This document shows, piece by piece, positions 26,265 to 38,011 of a DNA stretch of 64,000 bases (positions are counted from its first letter, which is position 1; the number at the start of each line of letters is the position of its first letter). The notes beneath the pieces were generated by a model that worked only from the letters and a program-made list of their open reading frames with translations, did no database searches and was not told the DNA's origin. A program made the translations under genes and the position numbers. The stretch comes from Takakia lepidozioides. Its lineage: Eukaryota; Plantae; Bryophyta. The stretch covers positions 30,938,001 to 31,002,000 of the forward strand of contig CM060731.1 of the NCBI GenBank assembly GCA_030704615.1, in the 5' to 3' direction.

Positions 26265-28950
26265 TTTGGACCTGGGTGCATCCCAGGTCCAAATGTTAGC
26301 ACCCATGACTAGCAATGTATCCATGTCTCATGTACCCATGTTCGCAGCGTGCTAGTGTGAGCTCATGAAGACCTAATAGAGGCATTGGTGTAATAGTACA
26401 GCCCTAAGGGAGGTCACTTCCAAAAATTTCCAACCGACGTGCAAAAAAATATAGGGTGCAATTTATTCACAAAAGATAAAAATTAGAAAACATTTAAAAG
26501 TAATAAATGGTACATTATATTGTGACCAGTGAATTTAAATTAATATAGGGTCTAAAATAATAACTGCTTTTAATTTTTTCTTAAACTAATATAGGGTTGA
26601 GATAAATATCTATGAAAAATTCCAAAAATATATACATGCTCTTAGGGGAGAACTTAATACTTACAAAAAAATAGTGGCTAGGTAGGATTCAAAAAATGAG
26701 AAGGAAGGCAGGGAGCAGGTGGGGGATATCGCGACAGCCTATTGATCTCCTAAATAGACCAACCACACCAATTATGGTGTTATTAATCTACTTCTCAAAA
26801 TCTAGAGGACATTTTATATTCAAATATGATCATACCGACAACAAGTGAGTAGATGTAGATTCAATTATTAGTTCAGTCACTATGACTTTCGATAGAGCGC
26901 AAAACGTGTATACTTTGAATGCGGATGATGCGAATGCTTTAAATGAATTTATTTTAACCAAATAATAAATTCATTTGTCTTGTTAAAAAAATTATTGTAT
27001 TATTAATATAGGGTGCCTAATATTTGTTTGAAATATAAAAAAATTAAAATAACATGCCAAAAAATCACCATATTATAAAATTATGTAATTATAGGGTACT
27101 AAGAAAATACCCAAAGTAAAATTAATACCTCCCTACAAAATACCCATTTATCTCACGTGCCCTATACAAGTGATAGGGACTGACTCCCCCGGGAGTACAG
27201 CCCCTCTCAGGATGGTGGATTTCAGACCCGGGTTCAAAACCCGCCATCCTAAGAGGGGGAACATGTGTCTATGTTCTCAAAGTATCAGTGTGAGCTCACA
27301 TAGACATAATAGAGGCCACAGTGTAATAATGCCTCGCTAAGGATGATGGGTTTCGGACCCGGGTCCAAACCCTACATCCTAATCATGTATCGATGTATCC
27401 TGCATGTTCTCAGCGTGGCGTGTGAGCTCACAAAAACCTAATAGAGGCCACGGTGTAAGAGTGCTTAGCTCCGAATAGTACTGGGTTTCGCACCCGGGTC
27501 CGAAACCCACAATCCTCATCATACATCCGGGTGTCTATCTTCTGGAGCTCACATTGACCATATAGTGCCAACAAATAATAGTGCCTCTATCAGGATGGTG
27601 GGTTTTGGGACCTAGGTCCGAAACTGACAATCTTGATCAGGTGTCCATGTTCTCTTGGCGTCAGTGTGACCTTAAAAAGACCTAAGAGAAGATACAGAAA
27701 ATACAATCCTGATCATGTATCCATGTAACCATGTTCTCAGAGTGCCAGATTGAGCTCACAAAAACGTAATAGAGGCCACAGTGCAATAGTGCCTACCTCC
27801 GGATGGTGGGTTTCCGACCCCCGGGGATCTGAAACCCACCATCCTAATCATGTATCTGTTTGTCTATCTTCTTCGAGTACTAGTGGGAGATAATAAATAC
27901 ATTATGGAGGCGCCATTTAATAGTGCCTCTATCAGGATGGTGGGTTTCGGACCTAGATCCAAAACTAGCACCTAGATCCGTGTTCAAACATTATCAGTGT
28001 CATGAGCTAAAAAAACCTAACAGAAATGGACAATGTAATAGTGTCTTGCTCAAGATGTGGTTTTTGGAACCCATGTAATCCTGATAATGTCTCCATGCAT
28101 CCATGTCCTCATAGTGCCAATGTGGGTCTCAAAAGGACCTAATAGACGCCATGGGTCCGAAACCAATTCAACAACGATCAAAAATCCAATAATCCAAGTT
28201 CTCGGAGAGCCACTGTGAGGTGTCTTTTGTAGACCACAATATAATAGTGGTTTTCTCAAGATGGTGGGTTTCAAACTCGGATTGAAAAACCTGGTAGGTA
28301 AAAAGGTGGTAGTTGGTTTTGGACCCGGGTCCAAAAGCCTGATTGATCAATATGGTGGGTGTCGGACCAGGGTCCAACAACATGCTAGATGAGAACGGTG
28401 GAAGTGGGTTTTAGACCCGGGTCCGAAAACCTAATGAAGCAGGATAGTGGGATTCGGAACCGGATCCAACAAGCTGATTGATCACATCCATGCACCCCAA
28501 AAGCCCCAAATAGTAGGTAGTATTGTTCTACTAATAGGTCAATGAGTTTGGACCCAGTTCCAAAGAAACCAGCATGAAGTTGTGTCATGTGTGTCAACAT
28601 GTGGTAAAAATCACCCAAACGCTGAACTGTCTCTAAAAAATTGTTGGGTTTCGGAACCAGGTCCAATGACCTGAATAATCATATCAGTGCCCAGAATGTT
28701 GTAAGGTACTGTAACTAAACCTAGGTACAATCAATGCTCACTAAACTATATTAATAGGTTGTGGACCTTGATGCGAAACAATAAACCTTGAGCAGTGTAA
28801 TGGATCATACACACAAAGCAGCTGTAAACCAAAAGATTAGTCGTGCCCACGTAGAGTCGGTGCAATGAAGTTTCTTAGTTTGTTACTAAGAATGGTGGGT
28901 TTCGGACGCGGGGTCCGATGAGCTGCATGAAACCTAGGTCCGAATTGTCT
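26265..28950. repeat. Array of ~18 palindromic repeats (consensus AGGATGGTGGGTTTCGGACCCGGGTCCGAAACCCACCATCCT), unit ~125 bp shortening to 45-90 bp
   Basis: Cores at ~27209, 27339, 27480, 27592, 27800, 27934, 28053, 28150, 28259, 28314, 28352, 28404, 28442, 28545, 28645, 28757, 28892, 28930, plus a first unit at 26265-26401. The linkers are homologous to each other (...GTGTGAGCTCACA...CCTAATAGAGGCCAC.GTGTAATAGTGCCT...). Confidence 0.88.
26403..27193 (+). mobile_element. Non-autonomous DNA transposon derivative inserted into the first unit of the palindrome array
   Basis: Direct repeat AGTACAG(C) at 26395 and 27194. Imperfect TIRs CCTAAGGGAGGTCA / TGACTCCCCCGGG. Interior carries a decayed coding piece, GHFIFKYDHTDNK*VDVDSIISSVTMTFDRAQNVYTLNADDANALNEF. 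Confidence 0.6.
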
Positions 28951-30263
28951 TTTCTTAGAAACATTAAAAAAAGAAATGTTTATGCAACTGGACAAAACAA
29001 AAGTATAACATCCGGTTGTCAGTGTTTGAATTAGGATGGTCATCAGGAACCTTTAAATCCAAGTGACTCTGACCTATGATAGATTGACTTCAAAGTGGAT
29101 GGTAGGCTTTAATTTGATTCAGAATGTGGTCAATAGTCGTTCATCTTGGATGTTGATGACGTAATTTGCAACCATTTAATATTAGGAACTAATCTCCATA
29201 GCCTTGTATCTAATACTCTCGTCAATTAGAGAATAAACAGTGTGGACAAACCAGATGATTTGGATGATACTACACAGTTTCCAACAAAACTGTCGACAGC
29301 ATGTCACTCAAACCATTCAAAGAAACGATTGTCAATGTCGTCCATGTCGTTGATTTCATCCACGGATGAATGCACTACACCGCAACTGAAGATGATAGGT
29401 ATTCTAGGAGATGCAACAATGTTCATAGAGTCTGGTGTCTCAATTTCCTGTAGGAAGATAAACAAGTCGACATATGCTAGGAAACCATACACGGTATCCA
29501 GTGTAATTTTAGGGCATTAATATGCTAAAGAATTCAATACTATACCAGAGCCGAGTTTCAATCTAAGAGATTGGGCTGGTTCTCCGATAACTCCTGAATA
29601 AATCAGTACTGATCTCAGCTACAATGTCAGGGATTGGATGGGCTCACCACTAACTCAAGGACTTGCAATGACTATCTCCGGGAGCCCCGAAGGAAATCGT
29701 CAACCTATTGGCAATTTCGCCACCCCAAAAGCCGGAGATGAACCTCCAAGTAGTTTCAATCCACCGTGTCTTGAATTTGTTTTGAAATCTAGGACTCGTG
29801 ATTCTTTGGAACCCTGACATGAGCAGTCAAAGTGCTTTTAACAATTCATCACAATACTCTAGAGGACCAAATAATTCGGCCACAATGACTCATGACTTAT
29901 ATTCATCCAAAAGAACTTCATTATTCGCCGTCGCCAAAAGTATTACCTAAGGATGAGAAGTTCCCTATATGGCTACATCCTGTTTATATTGATAGCGAGA
30001 CGGGGCTCCTTACTTTTGCGTAGTTTCAACTCAAGATGCCAATGTACTTGTGTATCTCTCTTTGAAATAAATGATTCCAGATTGCCTTTTCGAATAATGG
30101 TGTGTGTAAATTAGTCTCCTCTGAAGCTTTAAATGCGCATTGTTCTTTTTCATCTGTTTCGAACCTAGTAGGTCCAAAAGCTTTTGTGAATATTTGCGTC
30201 TAATTGGGAGCTGAAAGTGTCGAATGCTACAGGAAGAAGATTTCCACCGCATGTAGGACTACA

Positions 30264-33200
30264 ATGACTTCAGACATTGCCGGGGAGTGTGTTTCTGAGC
30301 GGTCACACACATATCGGACAGAACACGTCGCCATTTTCCGTCTATCCGACAAAGTAACCTCTTGGGGAGTTTCTCTGAGTGGAGCTCCGCCGGATCATGT
30401 TCTTCGATTCTTGTACCGGGAGGGAGAGGAAACCACTGAGCTTGAGTACACTCACGTTCAAGATATAGAACTTAAACCTGACGAGGACGATCCAGTGATT
30501 GTCATATTTGTACGGGAGGAGGACCAGCAAGCACGCACCATTCGGTATGCAACAAAGAGTCGAACTGTCGACAGACGTTTGATGACAGGACTCCAAGAGA
30601 GTGGATTCAAGTTCCCCAGTGACGGATCTTCCCCGGATGAGTTTTCTTTCTGCGCGGAGTGGTCTAAACTTTTGGGTCGCCTCTTCAATGTAGGAAAGGA
30701 GAACGAGAGAAAAAAAAAAGAGCTTGAGGCCGAGAGGGAGGCAGAACAGGCTCAAAAGAAGAGAAAGCCGAGAAAACGTAGGACCTCTGCTGACCTTGCA
30801 GCTCAACAAGATGCAGACCTTGAGTTTACTCCGCCTCCGAAGCCGAAGAGAAACTCTAAGCCCCCACTTGACCCAGTGTTTTCAGCTGACAAGAAGCCGA
30901 AGACTGGGGAGATATATGACAAAGCAAAATGTGAGGCAATGGAGAAGGAGCTCACAGAGATATATGCGGACTTATTTCCCTTTGGGTTTGAAGAGACCCA
31001 TTTCATTCCTATTTTGAGTATGGAGCAGGCACCCCGACAGATGGTGTATAGACCCCTAAATGACACGAGGATGAGATCAAAGCTAGGCTTTTAAAGCTCC
31101 GGGTTCTTGATTCAAAACACCCTGTCTATGTAGCACCAATGCATCCCACCGACGACAGTCTAGTGTGGCCGGAAAAGCCAGAGAGGTGGGATGAAGTGAA
31201 GGATGCCAGATTCTTTGTTATTGGGGGGCAACACACCATAATTGCTGCAAAGGTACCAATTCATCCGGTCCCATGCTTAAATATGTCAGTGTTGTTGTTA
31301 TAGCTAATTCAAATCTACAATTAGTACTATTCATACCTTGTTTCAAAGTCCATTGGTTCTTCATATTTGAGTTGGTTGCAGGAGCTAATCTTGGAGGTGG
31401 ACAATGATGAGCTGAAGAACTATTACAACAGTTGGCCGGCCAAGATCGTATGGTCAGATGACGCGCTTCGCCTCGTGAAGATTTCAAAGCTTCTAAACAA
31501 TCCAAACAAGGCCCAAAAATTCAACATTACATTTCCTGAGAAGGTCGCACATTACCGGCTTTTTTACGAGTTACAGGGCCGGCCGAAAAAAAATAACGAG
31601 TATAACTCGAAAACAGAGACCGCTCAATGGGTAGTAGGATGCCAAACCTAACCTACATATTTTTTTTGGTCTCATGCCGAATTAGTCATTAGCTTAGCTT
31701 AAACGAGTACTGATACCTGAGTGCATCTTATAGGACTTTATGCAAGCTATCCATATTGTCCTGGAGTCGTCAAGTGTGAAAGAAGCTATGGTTCTAATTC
31801 TAGCCGAGGAAGAGGTTTGGGACAAGTGGCAAATGGTTTTCAGAAAATGGGAGGCTGGTCACCTAATCGACCAGCATGGTAATCCTTGCAAAGGTGAACA
31901 GGCACCACTTAACCGGAGTCAGCTGAGGAATATTCAGGGGCTCTCCTCGCGACAGCTTCTGAAGCTAGTCGAAAAGATCCTCAATTGCCAACTGACCGTG
32001 AAAGATCCTTACAAGGGGAAAGACCCTTCAGTCCAGAGCATAGTAACTTATATGGCGCATATGAAGGACAAGAGGTTTGTCATCAACGACATCATGACAG
32101 TCTTCGGATGTCCTTTAAGAACAAAAGATAATCCCAATCCTTATGCCAGAGAGAGGTGGCTTGAGGTTAAAGAGAAATACAATATCGACAAAGTACAGTT
32201 TGAATTACTCCGAGGGAAACTTGGGTCGGCATAACTCTCTAGCAAGGGGCAGAAGAACCAGCTTCGACAAGACATTCCCGTGGCATTTATAACAGAAGTT
32301 AAGGCTCTAAAGAAGAGAATTGAGGACAATGATGGGAGAGTAAATGCAATGAGGACAAATTTTAAGAAGGTTTATTTCATGCGGGGTGTTGAGGAGAAAG
32401 CAAGTGACCTTAAGGCGAAACTCTCATTTGTCCACAAGGATGACTTTTCAAGCGTAAGCCTTGTCTTTGTAAACACTCTTGCAGAGGACGATTCCGTGGT
32501 CTGGTCTACCATGGATTACTCAACAATCCTCAACGCATTTGAATCTAAGCCGATTAACTGCATTGCCTTTGTATTCATGTCAAACCCGACATCTTCTGCT
32601 CATCTCACATACTATATCCAGAGTGGAGAGGGAGCCAAGAGATTTCTTTGTGTTCAAGGTTATATTTCCCTGGTGCGGAGGAGCCGGGTTACAAATTCTG
32701 CACCTTTGGATTGTCAAGCCCTTTCCTCTGTTTAGACTATGTGTTTCCTGTTACACCCACCGAGTTTGAGCGACCAAAGGAGCATATTGCGCGATGCCTC
32801 AAGACCACACCCATTCAGACCGTATTAAGGGGTACAGATGAGGTCATGACAGATTTTGAGCTGAGTTTGAAGACGTATCCTCATGAGCTGCGAAGCTCCG
32901 CTTATGCTTATATTGCTTCTCTGTTCTGCATGATTGGAATGGCAGCTGTCAATATTTTCGGGGGTCCTGCACTTTCTTGCCATCTCCACGTAAGTTTCAC
33001 GAGCATAATTTGCATATATTGTTGCAATAGCCCTGAGAGCTGCCTATGTGCTTCCCCATCCATTCTACGTCATTCCTCACTACAACCAATTTTTTCTAAG
33101 TACTCACCAGTTCGGACCCTGGTACGAAGTCAATGGAGAGTCCTCTTGTTCGATTTTTGATATTTGGGTGTTTTATGCATTCGTTTATTTCTCAGGCCCT

Positions 33201-34025
33201 TCAAGTTCGCGTCGCTGACTTCAACCTCAACGACCGGAAAGAGATCTGTAGACAGAGGGTAGAAACCAAGTTCCGACGCTTATCGATACATGACAAAGAG
33301 AAGGGTCCATCCGAAGGGGAACCAAGCTCCGCGGGGAGTCAACATGGCTTGCACTGCCCACAACAAGAAGGTGGTAGGGAGTTTGTTGAGTATGATGCGA
33401 GTGACTCCAGCGATTCAAGAGCCGGAGATGATGATGACGGTGGTGGGACAGAGGCTTTCGAGGTTCAGGCTAGGAAAACCTCACCTCAAGTTACAGAAGG
33501 TAGTGGTCCCGAGCTAGACTCGATGTTGATAACAGTGGGAGTGGTGGTGTTGTAGGTCAAGGACATTTGGAAGAAATGGGGGCTCATATCAAGCCTAACG
33601 AGGGGCCCTTGGTAAATGGGTTAAGCCGGCAGTTCAACATCGATTTGAACTTGAGTTTTAACAACATTGTTGGCAACAACCCACCTACGCTGAGTGGTCT
33701 TCCTTTGGCTTTGTTTCCTATGCCAAGTGCTGTTACTCAAGATACCGCAGAGGAGGCCGGACCACTAACATTGTCCTCTACCCCAAAGGAAATTATTACC
33801 GTAGAGGACAACGATGAGGATGAAGATGATGATGTTGGGCAACAGGCCAGTGAGGTTTTTACTCAAGCAGACGGCGATGGGCCTATGGATTTTCAATTTC
33901 ACATGCCATTGAAGAGGCGGAGCTGGGAAGGGTCCTCTACAAGCCATGGAGAGGCTCATGCAGATAATGCTGTAACGACAATTATTGAAGTATGTGAGAT
34001 CTCCGATGAAGAACCACATTCATGA
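30264..34025 (+). pseudogene. Spliced, slightly decayed gene: ParB/Srx-like domain plus degenerate beta-class N4/N6 DNA methyltransferase-like domain plus acidic tail
   Basis: Exons ~30257/30264-31252, 31382-31630, 31734-32989, 33196-34025 with GT-AG boundaries. Frameshifts near 31070, 32665 and 33540, and an in-frame TAA at 32232. Motifs: YRPLNDTR.DEIKARL...PVYVAP...FFVIGGQHTIIAAK (ParB-like); SVSLVFVN...YPHELRSSAYAYIASLFCMIGMAAVNIFGG...ALQVRVADF...EICRQRV (MTase-like). Confidence 0.65.
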
Positions 34026-34644
34026 TAAGATAGATCGTTATTTTTCTAAGTACAATTTGTACACATTGTAAAATATTACCATGTCGGGGGTTTTCCCATT
34101 TATCTTTTTGATGCCGATCTATGGCAAATTTTGGTTAAGAGTTGTGGTACAAAAAGAGGAGCCCCCAATCAACCCCTGATATTTAATTTCATGACCAGCT
34201 TCCAGTTTGTGGTTATGCTAGGAATGCCGCAGCGGAAGAGAAGACATTTCTGACATACGTGTTTCCGCATCCTTCAATCGCATATGATTGCCTATGCCTA
34301 GTTATCTTCTTTGAATTTGAACTCAGCTCCCTGAGATCGATACCTGTGGGTATCATCAAATATTAGTATTCCAGGCAACACGGCTGAAAAATAACAATGG
34401 TTACAATAGATATGGCAACCTTGCATCAGAAAATGCTCTGGGATACAATCATTCCTAGTCACTTTGTATGTAACTGTCATCTCTCTCTCCCAGCCAATGC
34501 CATCGCATTGACAAGATTTAAGTTCATTTTAGCTATCCCACACACAAATGTGATTGTTTAGGGATCAGGAGTTGAGAAGTTGGACTTTACTTGATTCCAA
34601 GAGTTGTGTAGACCAATTGAGGAAATGACCGCATATGATATGTT

Positions 34645-35020
34645 TGAAGTCACCTTGGTCTGTGCATAGAAAGAGACAAAATCTGAAATGACTCAGTGAC
34701 TCTTGCAGGACCCGAGAAGTGGTTATTGCTGACAAAATTTGACCTGTTGTCAGAGGTGTTCCTAGAATAGCACATGTGCCAAATGTTCCAATTGCGATCA
34801 CAATTGGAGATAACCAGAATTCAAGTGTACACACCTTCGTCCCCCATGGAAGCATCTGTGTTTGGCATCCTTCTCCCCAGACTGCCTCCAGCAATGACCT
34901 TCATAACCTTGAATGTAGTCTTTTATGAGCCATCTGTACTCTCCCTGCCACAAATCTTCAGTTTTTGCAAGGAATATCAAGTTCTCCCATGCTTCCCACA
35001 CTGCCTGCAGTTCGATACCC
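34645..35020 (-). pseudogene. ABCC/MRP-type ABC transporter fragment (TMD1 region)
   Basis: Broken frames give AWENLIFLAKTEDLWQGEYRWL...FWLSPIVIAIGTFGTCAILGTPLTTGQILSAITTSRVLQESL..DFVSFYAQTKV. This matches the plant MRP consensus LQAWE...FWxSPxxVxxxTFxxxxxLGxxLTxGxVLSALATFRILQEPL...AQTKVS. Confidence 0.75.
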
Positions 35021-35970
35021 TAAAACCTCTCGCATTGTGAGCTGCGGTGCTCAAATTTTACAGTTCGACCTGGGCTCTCTATTCATGTAGTACATAGCCT
35101 AGATCTACCTCCTTACCTGAGGCTTCTTTTCGTTTTTTTCTCATATAAGATCATCACAACACATCCAAGTTGGGTAGATGCAAGGTAAGGTGGACCAAAA
35201 TTAGCGTTACCGGCACAGTTTTCAGTGACTATCGTGCATGATATCATGAATTGATTTGAATATAATCAATAATGTTGAGAAACATTTGCCATGATGGATT
35301 CCTAACTTCAATATCTACCTATATCAACCGTCAAATTGTCGATCAAATAAAATTTCCAAGAGGTATGGACTTTTGAACGCGACAACTGTGGACTGTCACC
35401 GCTCCAAATAGAAGTACATGGACTCAAAATAAGCCATTGTGCCTTTGGTGTATTGCTTTGAATTTTTGAGGTAAGGGTGTCAATTTAGTGAATACTCGTA
35501 GATTTCAATTTAAAATGACAATATCAGCTGTCATTTACTACATGTGGACTAATATCACGACTGGTAGTGAGTTGATCAAACACAACAACTTTTCAACACC
35601 CCACCTTTGCGTCTACCATGTCTAGGTCCTGCTCATTTGCTAACTCCTTTGGTTTGGAGGCAAGCCACAGCTGCTCCTCTCGCTGTGAATAGAGCAACCC
35701 AGTTGAGATTTCATTAATTTTGCAAAGTTTAATCCATGAACTACAATGAAGAAGCCAAGAATGTGAAGAGACTCCTCGCATTAGGGGTTGTATCTATCTA
35801 GTACGAAGGTCACTCACTCACATGAAGGAAATTCTTGCAGCATTGGACCCTTGCTGGAAGAAACGTGCGAGAACCCGACGGGAAGCGCGTGATAATATTC
35901 TCCGTGGAACCCATTTTGCCATGGTGGCCGTTCAAATCGACCATGGACATTTTAAATATTGATCTCTGCC

Positions 35971-37138
35971 CACTACAGCAAATGGGGGGGGGGGGGTTGC
36001 ATCGCCAGCCGCGCCCCCACGCCCCACGCGGCGCCGAGCCCGCGGCGTTTTTTTTGCGACGTCCTGGCGTCGCAATCCCCCGTTGCGACACCATTACGAC
36101 GCCCAGCCGTCGTAAGGTGGCATGAAGGGGGAAAGAGGGCCCTCGCTGTGACGGGTTTTTTTTCTTGCAGCGCCCCGACGTCGGAAATCCAATATATATA
36201 TATTAGACGTTGCGACACCAAAGCGTCACTAAGGGCGCCTCTGCGACACCAGGGCGTCGCAACAGCATCACCACAGTGGGAGGTTTTTTTTTTTTTCGGG
36301 CTTTGCGGCCCTCAACTTCACAAAAGAGTCGCTGGGGGCGCCCCGCGCTGGGACGTCCAACGTTGCGATGTCAGGGGGTCGCAACGGCGTCGCCACAAGG
36401 GGGTTGCAATGGTGTTGTGGTCAGCTTAGGTCCACAGGGACGTCGCTTGGGGCGCCTGGCGGTGGGGGGGGTACAACAACGGCGACGATGCTGGAGCTGG
36501 GGCTGGGGCTGGGCAGTAAGGCTGTGGAGGTTACAACTCCCCGGCGTCACAAGAGAGACCCCCTTAGAAGGAACTTGAAGGAACTTGAATGAACTCTTTA
36601 TATATATATATTGCTTTTGTGATACATAGATGTAGCGTAGGTGTGTTGATTAGTTTGTAGTGTCTTAGAAATGTTATAACGTGGAGGTCTTAGGTTCAAG
36701 TATGCGTTGTATGATATATGTAGAACAATGAACATATAGCCATTAGACAGAACCGGAGTCAATGGTCAACAAATTTTTGAAATTTAAATTTCAAATTCAA
36801 AATTTTTCCGCCTAAATTCAAATGTACCCCCTTAAATTGTGACATCCAGGCGTTGCACTTTGCGACCCCCGGACAGTGCTAATTCTGCATTGTAGGATAG
36901 ATGTTTTTTTTTTTTTTTTCTCCCCCCGACGTCCGGGCGTCGCAAATCGCGTTGGCGTTGCAAATCGCGGTTTTGCATATTTGCGACCCCCATTGGTCGC
37001 AAATTTGCGACGTTTTTTTGGCGACGGGCTTGCGACACCTGGACGTCGCAAATTTGGTTTTTTTTCCCGCCCGAAAAGGGCTGTTTTACGATGCCGCGGC
37101 GTCGAAAATCCCCCCCCCCTTTTTTTTTTCCTGTAGTG
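35971..37138. mobile_element. Non-autonomous CACTA (En/Spm) DNA transposon, 1168 bp
   Basis: Starts CACTACAG and ends CTGTAGTG. 3-bp TSD GCC at 35968-35970 and 37139-37141. Dense subterminal TTGCGAC/GTCGCAA repeats at both ends with an AT-rich middle. Confidence 0.92.
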
Positions 37139-37285
37139 GCCCGCCTTGAGCGGCTATAGGGCTGTGGTGCAAAAAGAAATGCCTACTTCAAGATTGCTCT
37201 CTACCTTATTTAGTACTATGCATCCATTTGAGAGACTGTTGCCGCAGCACGGAAGAAAAGACAACAACCTACACCAAATAATATA

Positions 37286-38011
37286 TGTTGCGCACCTCAC
37301 TTCGGTAAGCTCCCCTTCAAGTCATAGTTACTCGCTCTGATGCGCGTGCCTAACTCCCTAACTGGCCGCCGGGCCAACTCGGAGCTTCGGCTGCTCACCG
37401 GAACATAACGGTCCCCCTTTACTCCTCCACAAGACCCTCTCCCAATTTGAGCCTAGTGGAAATTCCCTTTGGTCGATGGCAATCCGGGATAGCTCCCCAC
37501 ACCTTGGTCGCTTTCCGGCTCGCACGCTTACTCACTAGGTTTTGGTCACCAACGGGCTTGCACCGTTCTCGGGGTTACTACTCCCTATATATACTTCTGT
37601 GACTGTCCGCGGGGGTTTCACAAACAACCATGCCATTTTATGACGAACCACCACGAAAACCCTCAATTCTCGGTGATGAGTCGCGGCGAGTCTTGGCCCA
37701 CTCACCACGGTCCCTTCGGACCGTGATGAGTCCCAAGACTCCCCACGACTCCCACCACAAGGTCTCCGCCCCCATGGTGAGTCCTATGCCACCCCCACTA
37801 AGTCCTACTAAGCTACCACCACCCCTCGTGGAACCACCCCCACCGCAACCCGGTGTGCGGGGCTCCACCTAGTGAGCGCCTCCGCCTCCTTGAGTGCCTT
37901 GGGCACTCAAGGGTGCTTTAGCCCCCGCATCTATTGTCGCCACTGCCCCCACCACAGGGGCAGCCCCTCTCGTGTCCCGACCCCCTGCCCTCAAGGTGAA
38001 GGGCCACGACA
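37286..38011. mobile_element. Solo LTR (726 bp)
   Basis: TGTTGCG...CACGACA termini. 5-bp TSD ATATA at 37281-37285 and 38012-38016. Internal TATA-like CTATATATA near 37585. Confidence 0.75.

Noticed and set aside
27200-28950. CRISPR-like array of palindromic repeats
   Set aside because: The intervening sequences are homologous to one another rather than unique spacers, the repeats are degenerate, there are no cas genes, and the context is eukaryotic.
36680-36705. tRNA/B-box-like GGTTCAAG segment
   Set aside because: No cloverleaf structure; it lies inside the CACTA element.
35810-37149. Cluster of GC-rich ORFs
   Set aside because: They fall in the CACTA subterminal repeats and show no transposase motifs.
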